Part shown: piece by piece, positions 38,798-51,494 of the stretch
Position numbering within the stretch: position 1 is the first letter of the stretch
Layout of the letters: every line of letters begins with the position of its first letter
Origin: Malacoraja senta
Lineage: Eukaryota
Direction of reading: 5' to 3'
DNA length: 64,000 bases
Assembly: GCA_038087875.1 (NCBI GenBank)
Contig: CM075997.1
Span: 1,180,001 to 1,244,000 of the forward strand
Notes under the pieces: model-generated
Told to the model about the DNA's origin: nothing
What the model saw: only the letters and a program-made list of their open reading frames with translations
The model's database searches: none
Position numbers and translations under genes: made by a program

Positions 38798-39812
38798 ACA
38801 TCTATAAAAACTGCATGTATCATCCAAGGATTAGGATGGAAAGGATGGAAATTGTGATACCTCAGCAGGTCAGAGAGCCTCCCTGCACTTCTGAGTTTTA
38901 GATGTACTGCATGACAACAGGCCCTTCAGCCCACAAGTCCACGACGACCACCCGATCACCCATACATGCCAGATATCCCATGTTCCCGTCCACTCCCTGT
39001 AAACCAGGGGCAATTTTACAGAGGCCAATCAACCTACAAACCCCCATGTCTTTGGGATGTGGCTGGAAACCGGAGTGTCCGGAGGAAACCCACACGGTCA
39101 CAGGGAGGACTTGCAAACTCCACACAGTGTTCAGAATCGAAACGGGTCTCCGGCACTGTGTCTCAGCAGCTCTACCAGCTGCACCGCTGCCAAAGTTTAT
39201 TGAGATTCACGCATGCAGACTGGCTATGGAGGGGCATCATTGGAATAGTGAGCACATTACTGACCTTGTAAGGGGAAGATATAAAAAGCCGTTATAGATT
39301 TCTTAATTCCTACAAGGCCATGTTGGTTATCATTCGTATGCTATCCACCTCACTCCACAAATGAAGACCAGTTCCCATTTCCCCTTCGTTTCAGCGTATT
39401 AAGTAGGATGTTGTGGGGTGGCGTTGTGAGGCCTGGAACTGTGTTGGAGCCATTGACCCCAAAGTATATAAAGCATGAATTTGTACTGCATCAAATGGAG
39501 GCAAATGTAAAAGTGAAGAGTACAAGCAATATGGAACCGGTGAAAGGACAAGCCAACCTTTGGGCATAACTTGGGAACTGAGCTCATTTCAAAGGAGGAG
39601 GAAATGAGTAGAATAGATTCTGCACAATAACGATTGCAATCACATCTTACCTCCAGACATTTGGCTTGAGACCCAGTGACTCAATGTGAAATGTTACACA
39701 CCCCACGTTAGCACACCATCGATCAATGCAACTGGGAGACTACAGAGTGCAGAAAGCATTTAAATACAAGACTACCCTCGCCAAAGGTTGTTTGTTTATT
39801 ATATATTATCTG

Positions 39813-40075
39813 CTTAGTTTAGTTTTAGTTTGGCTTTGAGATACAGTGCGGAAACAGGCCCACCGAGTCCACACCGACCAGCGATCCCCGCACGTTAACA
39901 CCACCCACACACACACGAGGGACAACCGAAGACCTTGCAGAAAACCCACGCAGGTCACGGGGAGAACGTACAAACTCCGTACAGACATCACCCGTAGTCA
40001 GGATCGAACCCGGGTCTCTGGCGCTGCAAGTGCTGTCAGGCAGCAACTCTATACCGCTGCGCCACTGTGCCACCC
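39813..40075 (-). mobile_element. tRNA-derived SINE
   Basis: Same family. Confidence 0.8.
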
Positions 40076-40779
40076 TTATCATCCATTCTCATAGAATTCA
40101 ATATGGAAGCCCATGGGATTTGCATAATGCAAGGATGAAATGGTATCCCACTAGTTGGAGTATATGAAACTAGAAATAAATCAATAGACCTGATTATTTG
40201 AGTGAATTTTGGGGGAAGCATCTTGAAATCGTAGTTAAGGGCACCTTGAAATATGCTTCATTCACATACATCCTCTTGAGGTATCTGCCTTTTAAAAGAT
40301 GTACGAAGGAACTGCAGATGCTGGTAGACACTGATGATAGACTCAAAATGCGGGAGTAACTCAGCGGGACAGGGAGCATCTCTGGATAGAAGGAGAAGCC
40401 GTCTGAAGAAGGGTCTCGACCCGAAACGTCACCCAAACCTTCTATCTAGAGATACTGCCTGTCTCGCTGAGTTACTCCAGCATTTTGTGCCTGCCTTTTA
40501 AAATATGTTGGGTACAAGAGAAGGTTAAGGATCGTGGCTATAATTGCAAATTATCGTGTCATTAGAAGAATGTATGAATAAATCACAACCACTGCATCAC
40601 ATATTAGTGACTGGTGATCTGTACAGATAACTATTCCAACAATTACTGATTTGGTCAGGCATTACTCTTGAGGTAAGTTTACTGATTAGATTTGGTGTGA
40701 CACGTGAGATGAATAGTATTCAAAAACATTTGGTCCACTAATGCTATCGATGGGTAAACGTGGAGGTATTATTTGGAGA

Positions 40780-41045
40780 AGACAAAAGTGCTGGAGAAAC
40801 TCAGCGGGTGCAGCAGCATCTATGGAGCGAAGGAAATAGGCAATGTTTCAGCCGAAACCCTTCTTCAGACTGATGTAGGGTGGGGTGGGGTGGGGGGGGA
40901 AGAAGAAAGGAAAAGGAAGAGGAAGAGCCCGTGGGCTGAGGGAGAGCTGAGAAGGGGAGGAGACAAGAGGAGGAGACAGCAAGGGCTACTGAAAATGGAG
41001 AATTCAATGTTTATGCCGCTAGGGTGCAGACTGCCCAAGCGGATT
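40780..41045 (-). mobile_element. Penelope-like 3' fragment
   Basis: [16 protein letters not shown] remnant plus pLTR end. Confidence 0.75.
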
Positions 41046-44000
41046 ATTTTGGGGATATTTGGGGATGTATCCAGAGGCATTGTTGACGTAGGCCGGAGAA
41101 CTGTTGGGCGGCACAATGGGGCAGCGGTAAAGTTGCCGCCTTACAGCACCGGAGACCTAGGTTTCGATCCTGACGACGGGTGCTATCTGTACAGAGTTTG
41201 TACGTTCTCCCTGTGACCATGTGGACTTTCTCCGGGTGCTCCGGTTTCCGCCCACACTTGCAAATTGTCCCTGGTATGAAGGACAGTGGATCGCTGGTCG
41301 GCGCTGGACTCGGTGGACCGAAGGGCCGGTTTCCGAGCTGCAACTCTAAAAGTCTAAATTATTTGTCCGTAAAGGGTGAGGAGGTGAGAATAGACCGGGG
41401 TAGCACCAGAAACTTCAGTTCGGCCTTCACCGTACTCGAGCTGGGAGCGTTCCCTGACTGAGTGACCGCAGAGTGGGAAAACGTTCCTTTCCGTAACACT
41501 AGCCTGAATCAATGGAAACCAAATCTGGGACCAAACCACTCCAACTGGAGTAGTGAGCACGCTAGTAAGATGATAGGACTATCTCATCGATCCATGGTAG
41601 ATGGCACTCACAGCCAAATCTTGGAAACTAGCATGAAATCTGAACCAGGGTGCTGTAGGGAACATAAATCTCACAATGGATCCCGCGCTCCTTAAACTCT
41701 GAAGCCTACTTTGAAATGTGAACTCTTCATTTTTGTCCAACTTGCACAAGCACTGACAAGCAGTGTACAGTTAATGACCATACATGCCCTGTTTACATCA
41801 GAATTCAGGTTCAGTACATGGTGAAAGTTGATGTGGTTTTGATGTTATTTTTCTCTTGCGCTGTAGTTGGCCGTGTTCCAAGAACCCGGCAATTCTACAT
41901 GAACATTGCCGACCGGCATATCAACAACTTTCCCTAAATACTGCACTCCTGTGTGACCGATGTGCGGCCCCAGATGTTGACTTCCCCGTTCTTATTGTTT
42001 TTAACTGCTTTTCCAATATCCTGATTTTTTTTTTTTCTCGCCGTCCAATATTTCCTTATAGGCAGAGTGTTTAAGAAGGAACTGCAGATGCTGGAAAATC
42101 GAAGGTAGACAAAAGTGCTGGAGAAACTCAGCGGGTGCAGCAGCATCTATGGAGCGAAGGCAATAGGCAGACTAGTTCACAGAGAGAGTTGTGAGTCTGG
42201 ACTCTTTTTCACAGAGAGAGTTGTGAGTCTGTGGAGTCTTTTTCACACAGGAGAGTTATGAGTCTGTGGAATTCTCTGCCTCAGAGGGCGGTGGAGGCCG
42301 GTTCTCTGGATACTTTCAAGAGAGAGCTTGATAGGGCTCTTAAAGATAGCGGAGTCAGGGATATGGGGAGAAGGCTGAAACGGGGGTACTGATTGTGGGA
42401 TGACTCCTGCACCTATTTGTCTATTGTCTATTGACATAGTTAAATTCAGCCAGGGAAAAAAACTCCATGTTGAACACGGAAGATAAACACAAAATACTGG
42501 AGTAACTCAGCGGAACAGGCAGCATCTTCTGGAGAGAAGGAATGGGTTGAGACCCTTCTTCAGACTGCAGGTTTCTGACAGAAGTTCAGACAATTGAGCA
42601 CTTCTGTTTGAAGAACATTTGGAAGTCCATTTAAAAATTGACATGTTTTTTTTGTTTTTAAAATGAGATTTAAGGGTGTGGACTGAACTAGTTCTTTCTT
42701 TCCCCCCAGAGGGTGGAGGTGCCACCCAGAGTATGTCATTGCAGTGCTTCCAAAACGTTATTGCAGCCGACCAGAGGTCCACCACATCTGTCTCTGTAAT
42801 GTGGCTAAAAGAGCTGCCTTGATGTTGTTCCATTGAAAACTTGGGTTCAAGTTGATGAGAAACGGTTAATGCTAAATTGTGGAGTGATGCTGCAGGAAAG
42901 GGAAGCCTTTAGGAGTATGTGTCTAACTGGCTATTGGGAAGAGCAATCCCAACTTGTTTTTTCTTCCCTGTAGCCATATGCATGTTTTCCTTTTTGTGCA
43001 TTGATTAATTTTCGTCGACTATAAGCTGCCTCCCGAAACAGCCTTCCGATCAGGATACAACTTAATAGAGACACAAGACACCGGAGATGCTGAAACCTTG
43101 AGCAAAATGCAAAGTGCTGGAGGAACTCAGGGGGTCAGGCAGCATCTGTGTTGGTTTTTGCTTGGGAACAATGGTGTCGGAGGCCAATCAGCCCATCGAG
43201 CTTGTTTTACCGTGTGTAGGAAAGAACTGTTTATACTGAAGATAGATACGAACTGCTGGAGTACCTCAACGGGTCAGGTAGCATCTCTGGAAAAAAAGGA
43301 TGGGTGATGATTCAGGTCGGAACCCTTCTTCAGAGTCTATGTTATTCCAGCATTTTGTGTCTAAACTTGTTTTACTATTCAGTTAGATCACATCTAATCT
43401 ATTCAATCTATTTGCTTGGTCTCACAATTCTATTCATGTCAGTTTTAAATATATTAATTGGCCATCTTGTACTCTTCTGAATATAGGTCGGGTTTTTTTC
43501 ATCAAGATTTTTCAAATTATATTGATTAATTTAATTTAATCCTCTAAACTTTTGGGAGGCGATTGTCGTGCCAGCACATGTTAAATTTTAGGCTATCCAT
43601 GGAGAAAGGAACCTCTTCAATCATATGTATAAGAAGGAACTGCAGATGCTGGAAAATCGAAGGGTAGACAAATATGCTGGAGAAACTCAGCGGGTGAGGC
43701 AGCATCTATAGGAGCGAAGGAAATAGGCGACGTTTCAGGTCTCGACCCGAACGTCGCCTATATCCTTCGCTCCATAGATGTTGCCTCACCCGCTGAGTTT
43801 CTCCAGCATTTTTGTCTACCTTCGATCATATTGTTCCTGACAGAGGCTGGTCTTTTACAGTTAAAAGAAGAGGATTTCTTGTCACTTGCGACGTAGCAAC
43901 CTAAATGTTTCCTGTGCTCCAAGTTCGAAGTTGTTGCTTTATTTTGTTAAGTGGATTAGTGGTTTGTATTGTCACGTGTGCAGAGGTACAGTGAGAAGTT

Positions 44001-44161
44001 TTTGTTGGCCTGCTATCCAGTCAAAGAAAGGCTATACATGAATACAATCAAGTCATCCACAGTGTACAGATAAAGGATAAAGGCTACGAAATTTAGTGCA
44101 AGATAAAGTCTGATTAAAGATAGTTCATAGGTTTCCAACGAGGTAGATGGGAGGTCAGGAC

Positions 44162-44564
44162 CAAAGATCCTATAGCGAGCAAGATATCCACTCGACGAAA
44201 AAGACGTAGTACGGTCATGGGCAGATTCATGGGTAATTTTCGGCCCCATTTCCGTAACCGGCTTCCGTCTCCGCACCAAGGATCCCATAGCGGAGCAAAG
44301 ATAACTAGTGCGGAGACGGAAGCCGGTTACGGAAACATCCTCGTAAAAATCAAAGTTCTTTGGTAAAAATCTTCTCTCATTTTCAGAATTATAATTTATT
44401 AACACAAACTGTTCCCCCGCAACGTTGATTACACTGCGAGTCGGGTCGGGTCTGGTTACGGAAATGGATGAAAAAAAGACCCACGTTCCGCTCCGTTGCG
44501 TACTACACGTCAGCCCATTGCATTTAGCAGGAGTGGTCTATCTTGCTCCGCTATAGGATCTTTG
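44162..44564. mobile_element. MITE with CAAAG termini and 8-bp TSD (P-element-like)
   Basis: TIR CAAAGATCCTATAGCG(G)AGCAAGATA; TSD GTCAGGAC. Confidence 0.85.
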
Positions 44565-45590
44565 GTCAGGACGGCACTCTAGCTGATGAGAGAATGGTTC
44601 AGTTGCCTGATAACAGCTGTGAAGAAACTGTCCCTGAATCCGGAGGTGTGCGCTTTCAAACATTCTGTACCTCTTGCCTTATCTACTGTAGAGTTAGCGT
44701 GACCGGGTTATCCGGTACTAGACTGTGCTGGTGGCCTTGCTGATGGAAGGGAGGGTGGTTTGCATGGTGACCTGGGTTACGTCCACAACTCTCTGCGATT
44801 TCTTTCGGAGCTGTTCCCAAACCGGGTTGTGATGCATCCCGATAAGATGAATTCAACGGAGCATCAGCGGAAGTTGATGAGGGCTGTTGGGGACATGCCC
44901 CCTCACGGCGGTCCCCCCACGCCGGGCCCTTGGTCCTTCCCCCCTCCCCCCCCCTCACTTGCAGAAAGCACTGGATGTTTCCGACTTGATTGCATTGCTT
45001 GGATATCACTGACTGTGGATTGAACATCAATGTTAGATTCACTGATGATTCATTTGGCAGGCTCTCTTATCAGATGACCCTGCCCTCACCAGAAGGTTTT
45101 CATATGACAGGGAAAAAGTTGTGTACATTTCGGCCCTTGGGTACTCCGAACATAGTGCAATGTTTTATTCAGAGATTTTCTGGAAAGGAAAGTGTTCCTT
45201 GGGCGGCTGACAACCCAGCAGTATAGATATTGAATTGTCTAACTTCAAGTAGCCCTTGCTTACCCTCTCTCTCTCTCCCTGTCCCTCGCCACCCTAGTCC
45301 TCCGATTAATTTTCACTGTCCTCCTGATTAATTTTACTCTTGGTATGCCTCGTTGTCACCTTCCCCTCAGCCAACAATGAACTATTCTACATTTCCTTCG
45401 TCATCGTCTGCTTTGATCTGTCGTTTTTGCACCTTACCCATCCACATCTCTGGTTTCCCTCTCCCCTGTCAGAGATACAGTGCGACAACAGGCCCTTCAG
45501 CCCACCGAGTCCGTGCCGACCAGCGTACACCAGCACTACCCTACATACTAGGGGGGATTTACAAATTTTACCGAAGTCTGAAGAAGGGTC

Positions 45591-46163
45591 TTGGTGAGGC
45601 CACACCTGGAGTATTGCGTACAGTTTTGGTCTCCAAATCTGAGGAAGGACATTATAGCCATAGAGGGAGTACAGAGAAGGTTCACCAGACTGATTCCTGG
45701 GATGGCAGGACTTTCATATGAAGAAAGACTGGATAGACTCGGCTTGTACTCGCTAGAATTTAGAAGATTGAGGGAGAATCTTATAGAAACTTACAAGATT
45801 CTTAAGGGGTTGGACAGGCTAGATGCAGGAAGATTGTTCCCGATGTTGGGGAAGTCCAGAACAAGGGGTCACAGTTTAAGGATAAGGGGGAAGTCTTTTA
45901 GGACCGAGATGAGAAAATCATTTTTCACACAGAGAGTGGTGAATCTGTGGAATTCTCTGCCACAGAAGGTAGTTGAGGCCAGTTCATTGGCTATATTTAA
46001 GAGGGAGTTAGATGTGGTCCTTGTGGCTAAAGGGATCAGGGGGTATGGAGAGAAGGCAGGTACAGGATACTGAGTTGGATGATCAGCCATGATCATATTG
46101 AATGGCGGTGCAGGCTCGAAGGGCCGAATGGCCTACTCCTGCACCTTTTTTCTATGTTTCTAT
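45591..46163 (+). mobile_element. CR1 LINE 3' fragment
   Basis: ORF VRPHLEYCVQFWSP...IEGVQRRFTRLIPG...WNSLP; tail CTATGTTTCTAT. Confidence 0.92.
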
Positions 46164-46865
46164 GACCCAAAACGCCACCCATTCTTTCTCTCCGGAGATG
46201 CTGCCTGGCCCACTGAGTTACTCCAGCTGTTTGTGTCTATCTTCGGTGTAAACCAGCATCTGCAGTTCCTTCCTACACAAAGTGTTTCACAAGTTTGTAT
46301 GTAACTTCTGCATGGTCTTGTTTCACTGATCAAGTGTTTGGGGAGGTGATGTTGGAGAATCATTCTCTTCACTGACACGGTAACTTCTTGACCTCCGGTT
46401 TAAACCTCCCCGGAGGCTCCTCTACGCCTCTCACCACACCTGCATATCCAGTTATCCGACACACTGGCCAGTTCTCCTTACTCACCATTCCCCCAGAACT
46501 TACTGACCTAACTAAACACCGACCTCTAGCAAAACACACAGTGCTGGAGTAACTCAGTGGGCCAGGCAGCATGTGTGGAAGGAATGGGCAGGCAGTGGTT
46601 CAATTCAGGATCCTGGTCATCCCAACTCGAAACACTGCCTATCCATCCCTTTACAGATGCTGCCTGACCCGCTGAGTTCCACCAGCACTTTGTGTTTTGA
46701 TTGCAATTCCAGCATCTGCAGTTCCTTGGTCTCCATTTCACACCTTGCTCTGTTCCCTCTTTAAAAAAAATGTTCAATAAAACTCTGGGGCCAATGCTTT
46801 GGCCTGTTCTCCTGTGTCCTGATGTCACTAGAGTTTGTGATCCTACACAGCACCTCAGACCGTTT

Positions 46866-47159
46866 ATTTTGGAGATACAGCATGGAAACAGGCCCTTCGG
46901 CCCACCGGGTCCACCCTGACCAGCGATCGCCCCGTACACTAGCACCATCCAACACACTCGGGACATTTTACAACCTTTACCGAAGCCGATTTTTCCTACA
47001 AACCTCGTCTTTGTAATGTGGGGGGAAGCCAGAGCAGCCGGAGAAAACCCACGCGGTCACAGGGAGAACGTACAAACTCCGTACAGACAGAACTCCGTAC
47101 AGACAGGATTGAACCCGGGTCTCTGGCGCAGTGAGGCAGCAACTCCACTGCCGCGCCAC
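46866..47159 (-). mobile_element. tRNA-derived SINE
   Basis: Same family. Confidence 0.8.
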
Positions 47160-49494
47160 TTATTTGTAACACTAAGTTTTGTTTTTGGTCTGCGGGAACG
47201 CGTTTTGATTTATTTTCAATGCCTTTTGGCTGGCGTTGGTGTGCTCGAACTTGAATGAGCAACGGGAGATCAAATTAATATATGAAGCAACAACTTCAGT
47301 GTATCTGAAAAACTGCTCTGTGCCAAATCAGATCACAACACTTCCCTCCCCCGCCTGACACCATCTGCCAATTAATTCATCCTCCCCTCGATCCACCAAG
47401 CGTTTGCCAGCTCTCGGCACTCCACTCCCCCTCACCTCTTTATAGAGGCTTTCTCCCCTTTCTCAGTTCAGATGAAAGGTTCCGAGACGAAACATTTACT
47501 GGTCCTTGTCACGGTTTATCCCGTACAGCTCCGTAAAAGAGGACTGTGTGATTTACAGACTCCTCGCAGGGAACGCTTTCAGAGACGGACGTCAAATGCT
47601 GCTGGGAGGTCACCAACTCAATGAAAGCCACTCTTTGGTCTTCCCGAACCTCGTTGATCTCCCAGATGTCCGTTGGGGAATGTTGCTGACAGGCCCGCTC
47701 CAGACTGCAGGAGTACGTGCTGAGGGGCGCACTGAAGCTCGGTGCAGCCAACGCCAAGGCTCTGTGAGGGAGGTCCACAGTCTAGGGTCCTTCCGCTGCT
47801 GGACATTGGGGGGCAGGGTGTGGTGGAGACGCCCCTCAAAATAAGGGAACGGATATCACCCCAGGGGGCCACATGAGTGCGGGGCATAGTTTTTGGGAAA
47901 CACTACCAGATAGAACGCTAACAAATGTATGTGTAGCCGTCGAGAATGTCGGAGGAATTTTCACAAGTTCACAAGTTATAATAGAATTAGGCCATTCGGC
48001 CCATCGAGTCTACTCCACCATTCAATTATGGCTGATCTCTGCCTCCTAATCCCATTTTCCTGCCTTCTCCCCACAACCTTTGACATCCGTTCGAATCAAG
48101 AATTTGTCCATCTCTGCATTAATAAATATCCAATGACGGCCTCCACAGCCATCTGTGGCAATGAGTACCACAGATTAACTAAAGAAGTTCCTCCTCACCT
48201 CCTTTCTAAACTGTTTTTATGCTCAGTTCTTGTTTTGTACTTTTTTTTTAATCCACATTTTTTTACACTTTTTTAAAGTGTATTTTAAGTGGATTTTTTA
48301 AACACTTTTTTAAAGTGGATTTTGATTTTTTTTTTAATTCCTCGCACAATTGCTGCCTGAGTTCCTCCAGCAGTTTGTTCTTTGCTCCAGATTCCAGCAC
48401 CTGCAGTCTCCTGTGTTTCAACAGATGTACAATTACTTAATTATTCGGAAGATTAGCTGAATATTTTTAGATCCCACAGAATCCTATAATTACTCATCAC
48501 CCTCATGCCTTCACTCTTAATGGCTCCTCTCCGCACGCAACACACTCCTGCTTCCCGGAATTCTAATTTGTATCTGTACACTTCTGTCCTCTCTTAGTTT
48601 AGTTTTACAGCACGGAGCCAAGCCCCACTGAGTCCACGCTGACCAGTTCACACTAGTTCTATGCTATCCCAATTTCTCATCCACTCCCTGCACACCAGGG
48701 GCAATCTACAATTATCCTACAAACCCGCACGTCCTTAGGATGTGGGAGGAGACCGGAGCACCTGAAGATAAACCCACGCGGTCCGCGGGAGGACGTGCTT
48801 ACAAACTCCACGCAGACAGCAGCTGAGGCCAGGATCGATCCCGGGTCTCTAGCGCTGTGAGGCAGCAGCTCTACCAACTGCACCACTGTGCCACCCTGAT
48901 CCGTGGTTTTTTAATTGTTTGTGGATGTGGGTATTGCTGGCAAATGCTGTGGATATTCTATACCCTCAATTGTCCTTGCAAGAGGAGGTAAGAATCAGCC
49001 CCAGTGCTCTGGGTCTGGAGTTGTCCACTGGTCAAACAAGGTAATGATGGCAGATTCCTTTCACTAAAGCAAGTCGGTGAACCCTGAGGGATTTGAATCA
49101 CCATCCAAGAGATTCATGATTGCTACTGCTGAGACTAGTCTTTTACACCTGATTTATTTAGCAAAGTGAAGTTAAATTCCCTGCTGTCTTGCTGGAATTT
49201 GTCTTTGAATCATCACACAGCAGGTCTATGGTTACATTCTTGAAATTCTTTGCTATACTTGTCATAACTTTTCCCCTTCTACCAATCTTCAGAATCTACC
49301 ACAAAAGCAATTGTGATCATCTTCCTTATTCTATAGCACTACACCACAGAAACAATCTCTTCAGCCCATCATATCCACAGTGGGCACCAAACACCCATTT
49401 ACAACAATTCCACCCCCCCCCCCCCCCGCATCCCTGTTGGTTTTCCCTTGATTTTCCTGCCATCCTCCGACACTTGAGGCAATTTCCATTGTCC

Positions 49495-49792
49495 GGGTGG
49501 CGCAGCGGTAGAGTCGCTGCCTCATAGCGCCAGAGACCCGGGTTCAATCCTGACCACTTGCTGTCTGTACGGAGTTTGTACGTTCTCCCTGTGACCGCGT
49601 AGTTTTTCCCCGGGCGCTCCGGTTTCCTCCCACACTCCAAAGACGTGCAGGTTTATAGGTTAATTGGCTTCGGTAAAAATTGCAAACTGACCCCTCGTGT
49701 GTTGGGTAGCGCTAGTGTATGGTGATCGCTGGTCGGCGCGGACCCTGTGGGCCGAAGGGCCTGTTTCCGCGCTGTATCTCTAAGCTAAACGA
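49495..49792 (+). mobile_element. tRNA-derived SINE
   Basis: GGGTGGCGCAGCGGTAGAG...GGTTCAATCC; (CTAAA)n tail. Confidence 0.82.
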
Positions 49793-51202
49793 AACAATGA
49801 ACCAAATGACTAGCTTGCACCCACATCGTCACGGGGAGGACACTAAACTAAAAAAACTAAACACTTAACTCTATTGTTCACAATTGAGTTAAGTGTTTGA
49901 GTGAAGAGCAGGGTAGCAGGTAACTGACTAAGATGTTGTGGTCCAAGCAGTCTCCAAGTGTAGCATTAAATTCCATAATAGCGATTATAATGGAGAAAAG
50001 GCTAGACCGATCGCTGAAAAGTTCCAATACCATCCAACGTTACAAATAAAAATTGGCAACAAGATTTATATTTACATTTAAAAATCTGGATCATAATGTC
50101 CTTTGGCTTATTTTCAGCAATGATTATATTTTTCCCAAAAACAATTCATCCCTTGTTGATTCTCTCCACTTCGTCTCCTGAACGTAGACTTCTCGCAATC
50201 CTCGAGCACTTCCTCCAAACATATCTGCAGGATTGTAAGTCGTGGCGAGCTGCTCAATTCCTCGTCCGCGGCCGCCATGGCAAGCTAAAGAGTGAACAAA
50301 CTTGCATTCATTTCCTTTCCGTGATCTCAGGATATCCCACGGCACTCGGCTCCAATTAAGTGTGATCCCAGTTTCTGCATAGGAAGTTTGGCAGCCAAGT
50401 CTTATAATCAGTAACGAGGAAGCAAGCAACACACAAACTTTAGAGATACAGCACAGAAGCCCACCGAGTCCGCGCCGACCAGCGATCAACACTATCCTAC
50501 ACACAAGGGACAGTTTTACAACTTATCGAAGTTTCGTTTAGTTTAGAGATACACTTCCAATTTTACCAGCGTCAATTTGCCCATGTACGTCTTTGGAATG
50601 TGGGAGGAAACCGGAGCACCCGGAGAAAACCCACGCGGTCACGGGGAGAACGTATAAACTCCGCACAGACAGCACCCGTAGTTAGGATCCAACCTGGGTC
50701 GCTGGCTCTGTGAGGCAGCAACTGTACCACTGTGCAACCGTGCCACCCAATTTGTTCACCAAGAAAACACACAGAGTGCTGGAGTAACTCAGCGGGGCAG
50801 GCAGTATCTCCCGAGAGCGTCGCAACCCTTCTTCGGACCTGAACCGGCCCATGTCCATCTTCTCCAGAGACGCTACCTGACCTGCTGAGTAACTCCAGCA
50901 CTTTGTCTCTTTTTTTGTATACCACCATCTACGGTTTCTTGTGTCCACACTATTGTGTTTTACATTTTAACTTCTTTTGGTTCTCTTTTCCTCTCAATTC
51001 TTTGTATGTTAGTACAGTACTATCTACAGTTGCATGGAAATTTAGCACAAACATGGGTGTAATGATTCATTTGTCCATGCCAGTGTTTATACTCCACACA
51101 AACTTCCTCCTTACTTCATTTCACATCCGTTTCTTCTTGATTGTGGTTAATTTATTGAATATTTTGTTTATTATAGTCTATGTGCATTGCATTTACAGGC
51201 CT

Positions 51203-51494
51203 GTTTAGTTTAGAGATACAGTGCGGAAACAGGCCCTTCGGCCCACTGAGTCCTCACCGACCAGCAATCCCCGCACATTAACACTATCGTACATACACTA
51301 GGGACGATTTTACACTTACGTATACCAAGCCAATTAACCTACAAACCTGTACGTCTTTGGAGTGTGGGAGGAAACCGAACATGTCAGAGAAAACCCAGGT
51401 GGTCACGGGGAGAACGTACAAACTCCGTACAGACAGCACCCGTATTTGGGATCGAACGCGGGTCTCTGGCGCGGCAAGCACTGTAAGGCTGCCA
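51203..51494 (-). mobile_element. tRNA-derived SINE
   Basis: Same family. Confidence 0.8.

Noticed and set aside
42175..42270. Triplicated TTCACAGAGAGAGTTGTGAGTCTG
   Set aside because: Local duplication at the 5' truncation point of a CR1 fragment; no further significance evident
47509..47778. Non-repeat minus-strand ORF (LERACQQHSPTDIWEINEV...)
   Set aside because: No recognisable homology; splice signals weak
49495..49570. tRNA-like A/B boxes in many places
   Set aside because: Heads of tRNA-derived SINEs; no complete cloverleaf
50113..50279. Minus-strand short ORF with Kozak-like GCCATGG (MAAADEELSSSP...FWEKYNHC)
   Set aside because: Faint Gla-like resemblance only; Cys/Glu spacing is wrong and there is no good donor or recognisable family
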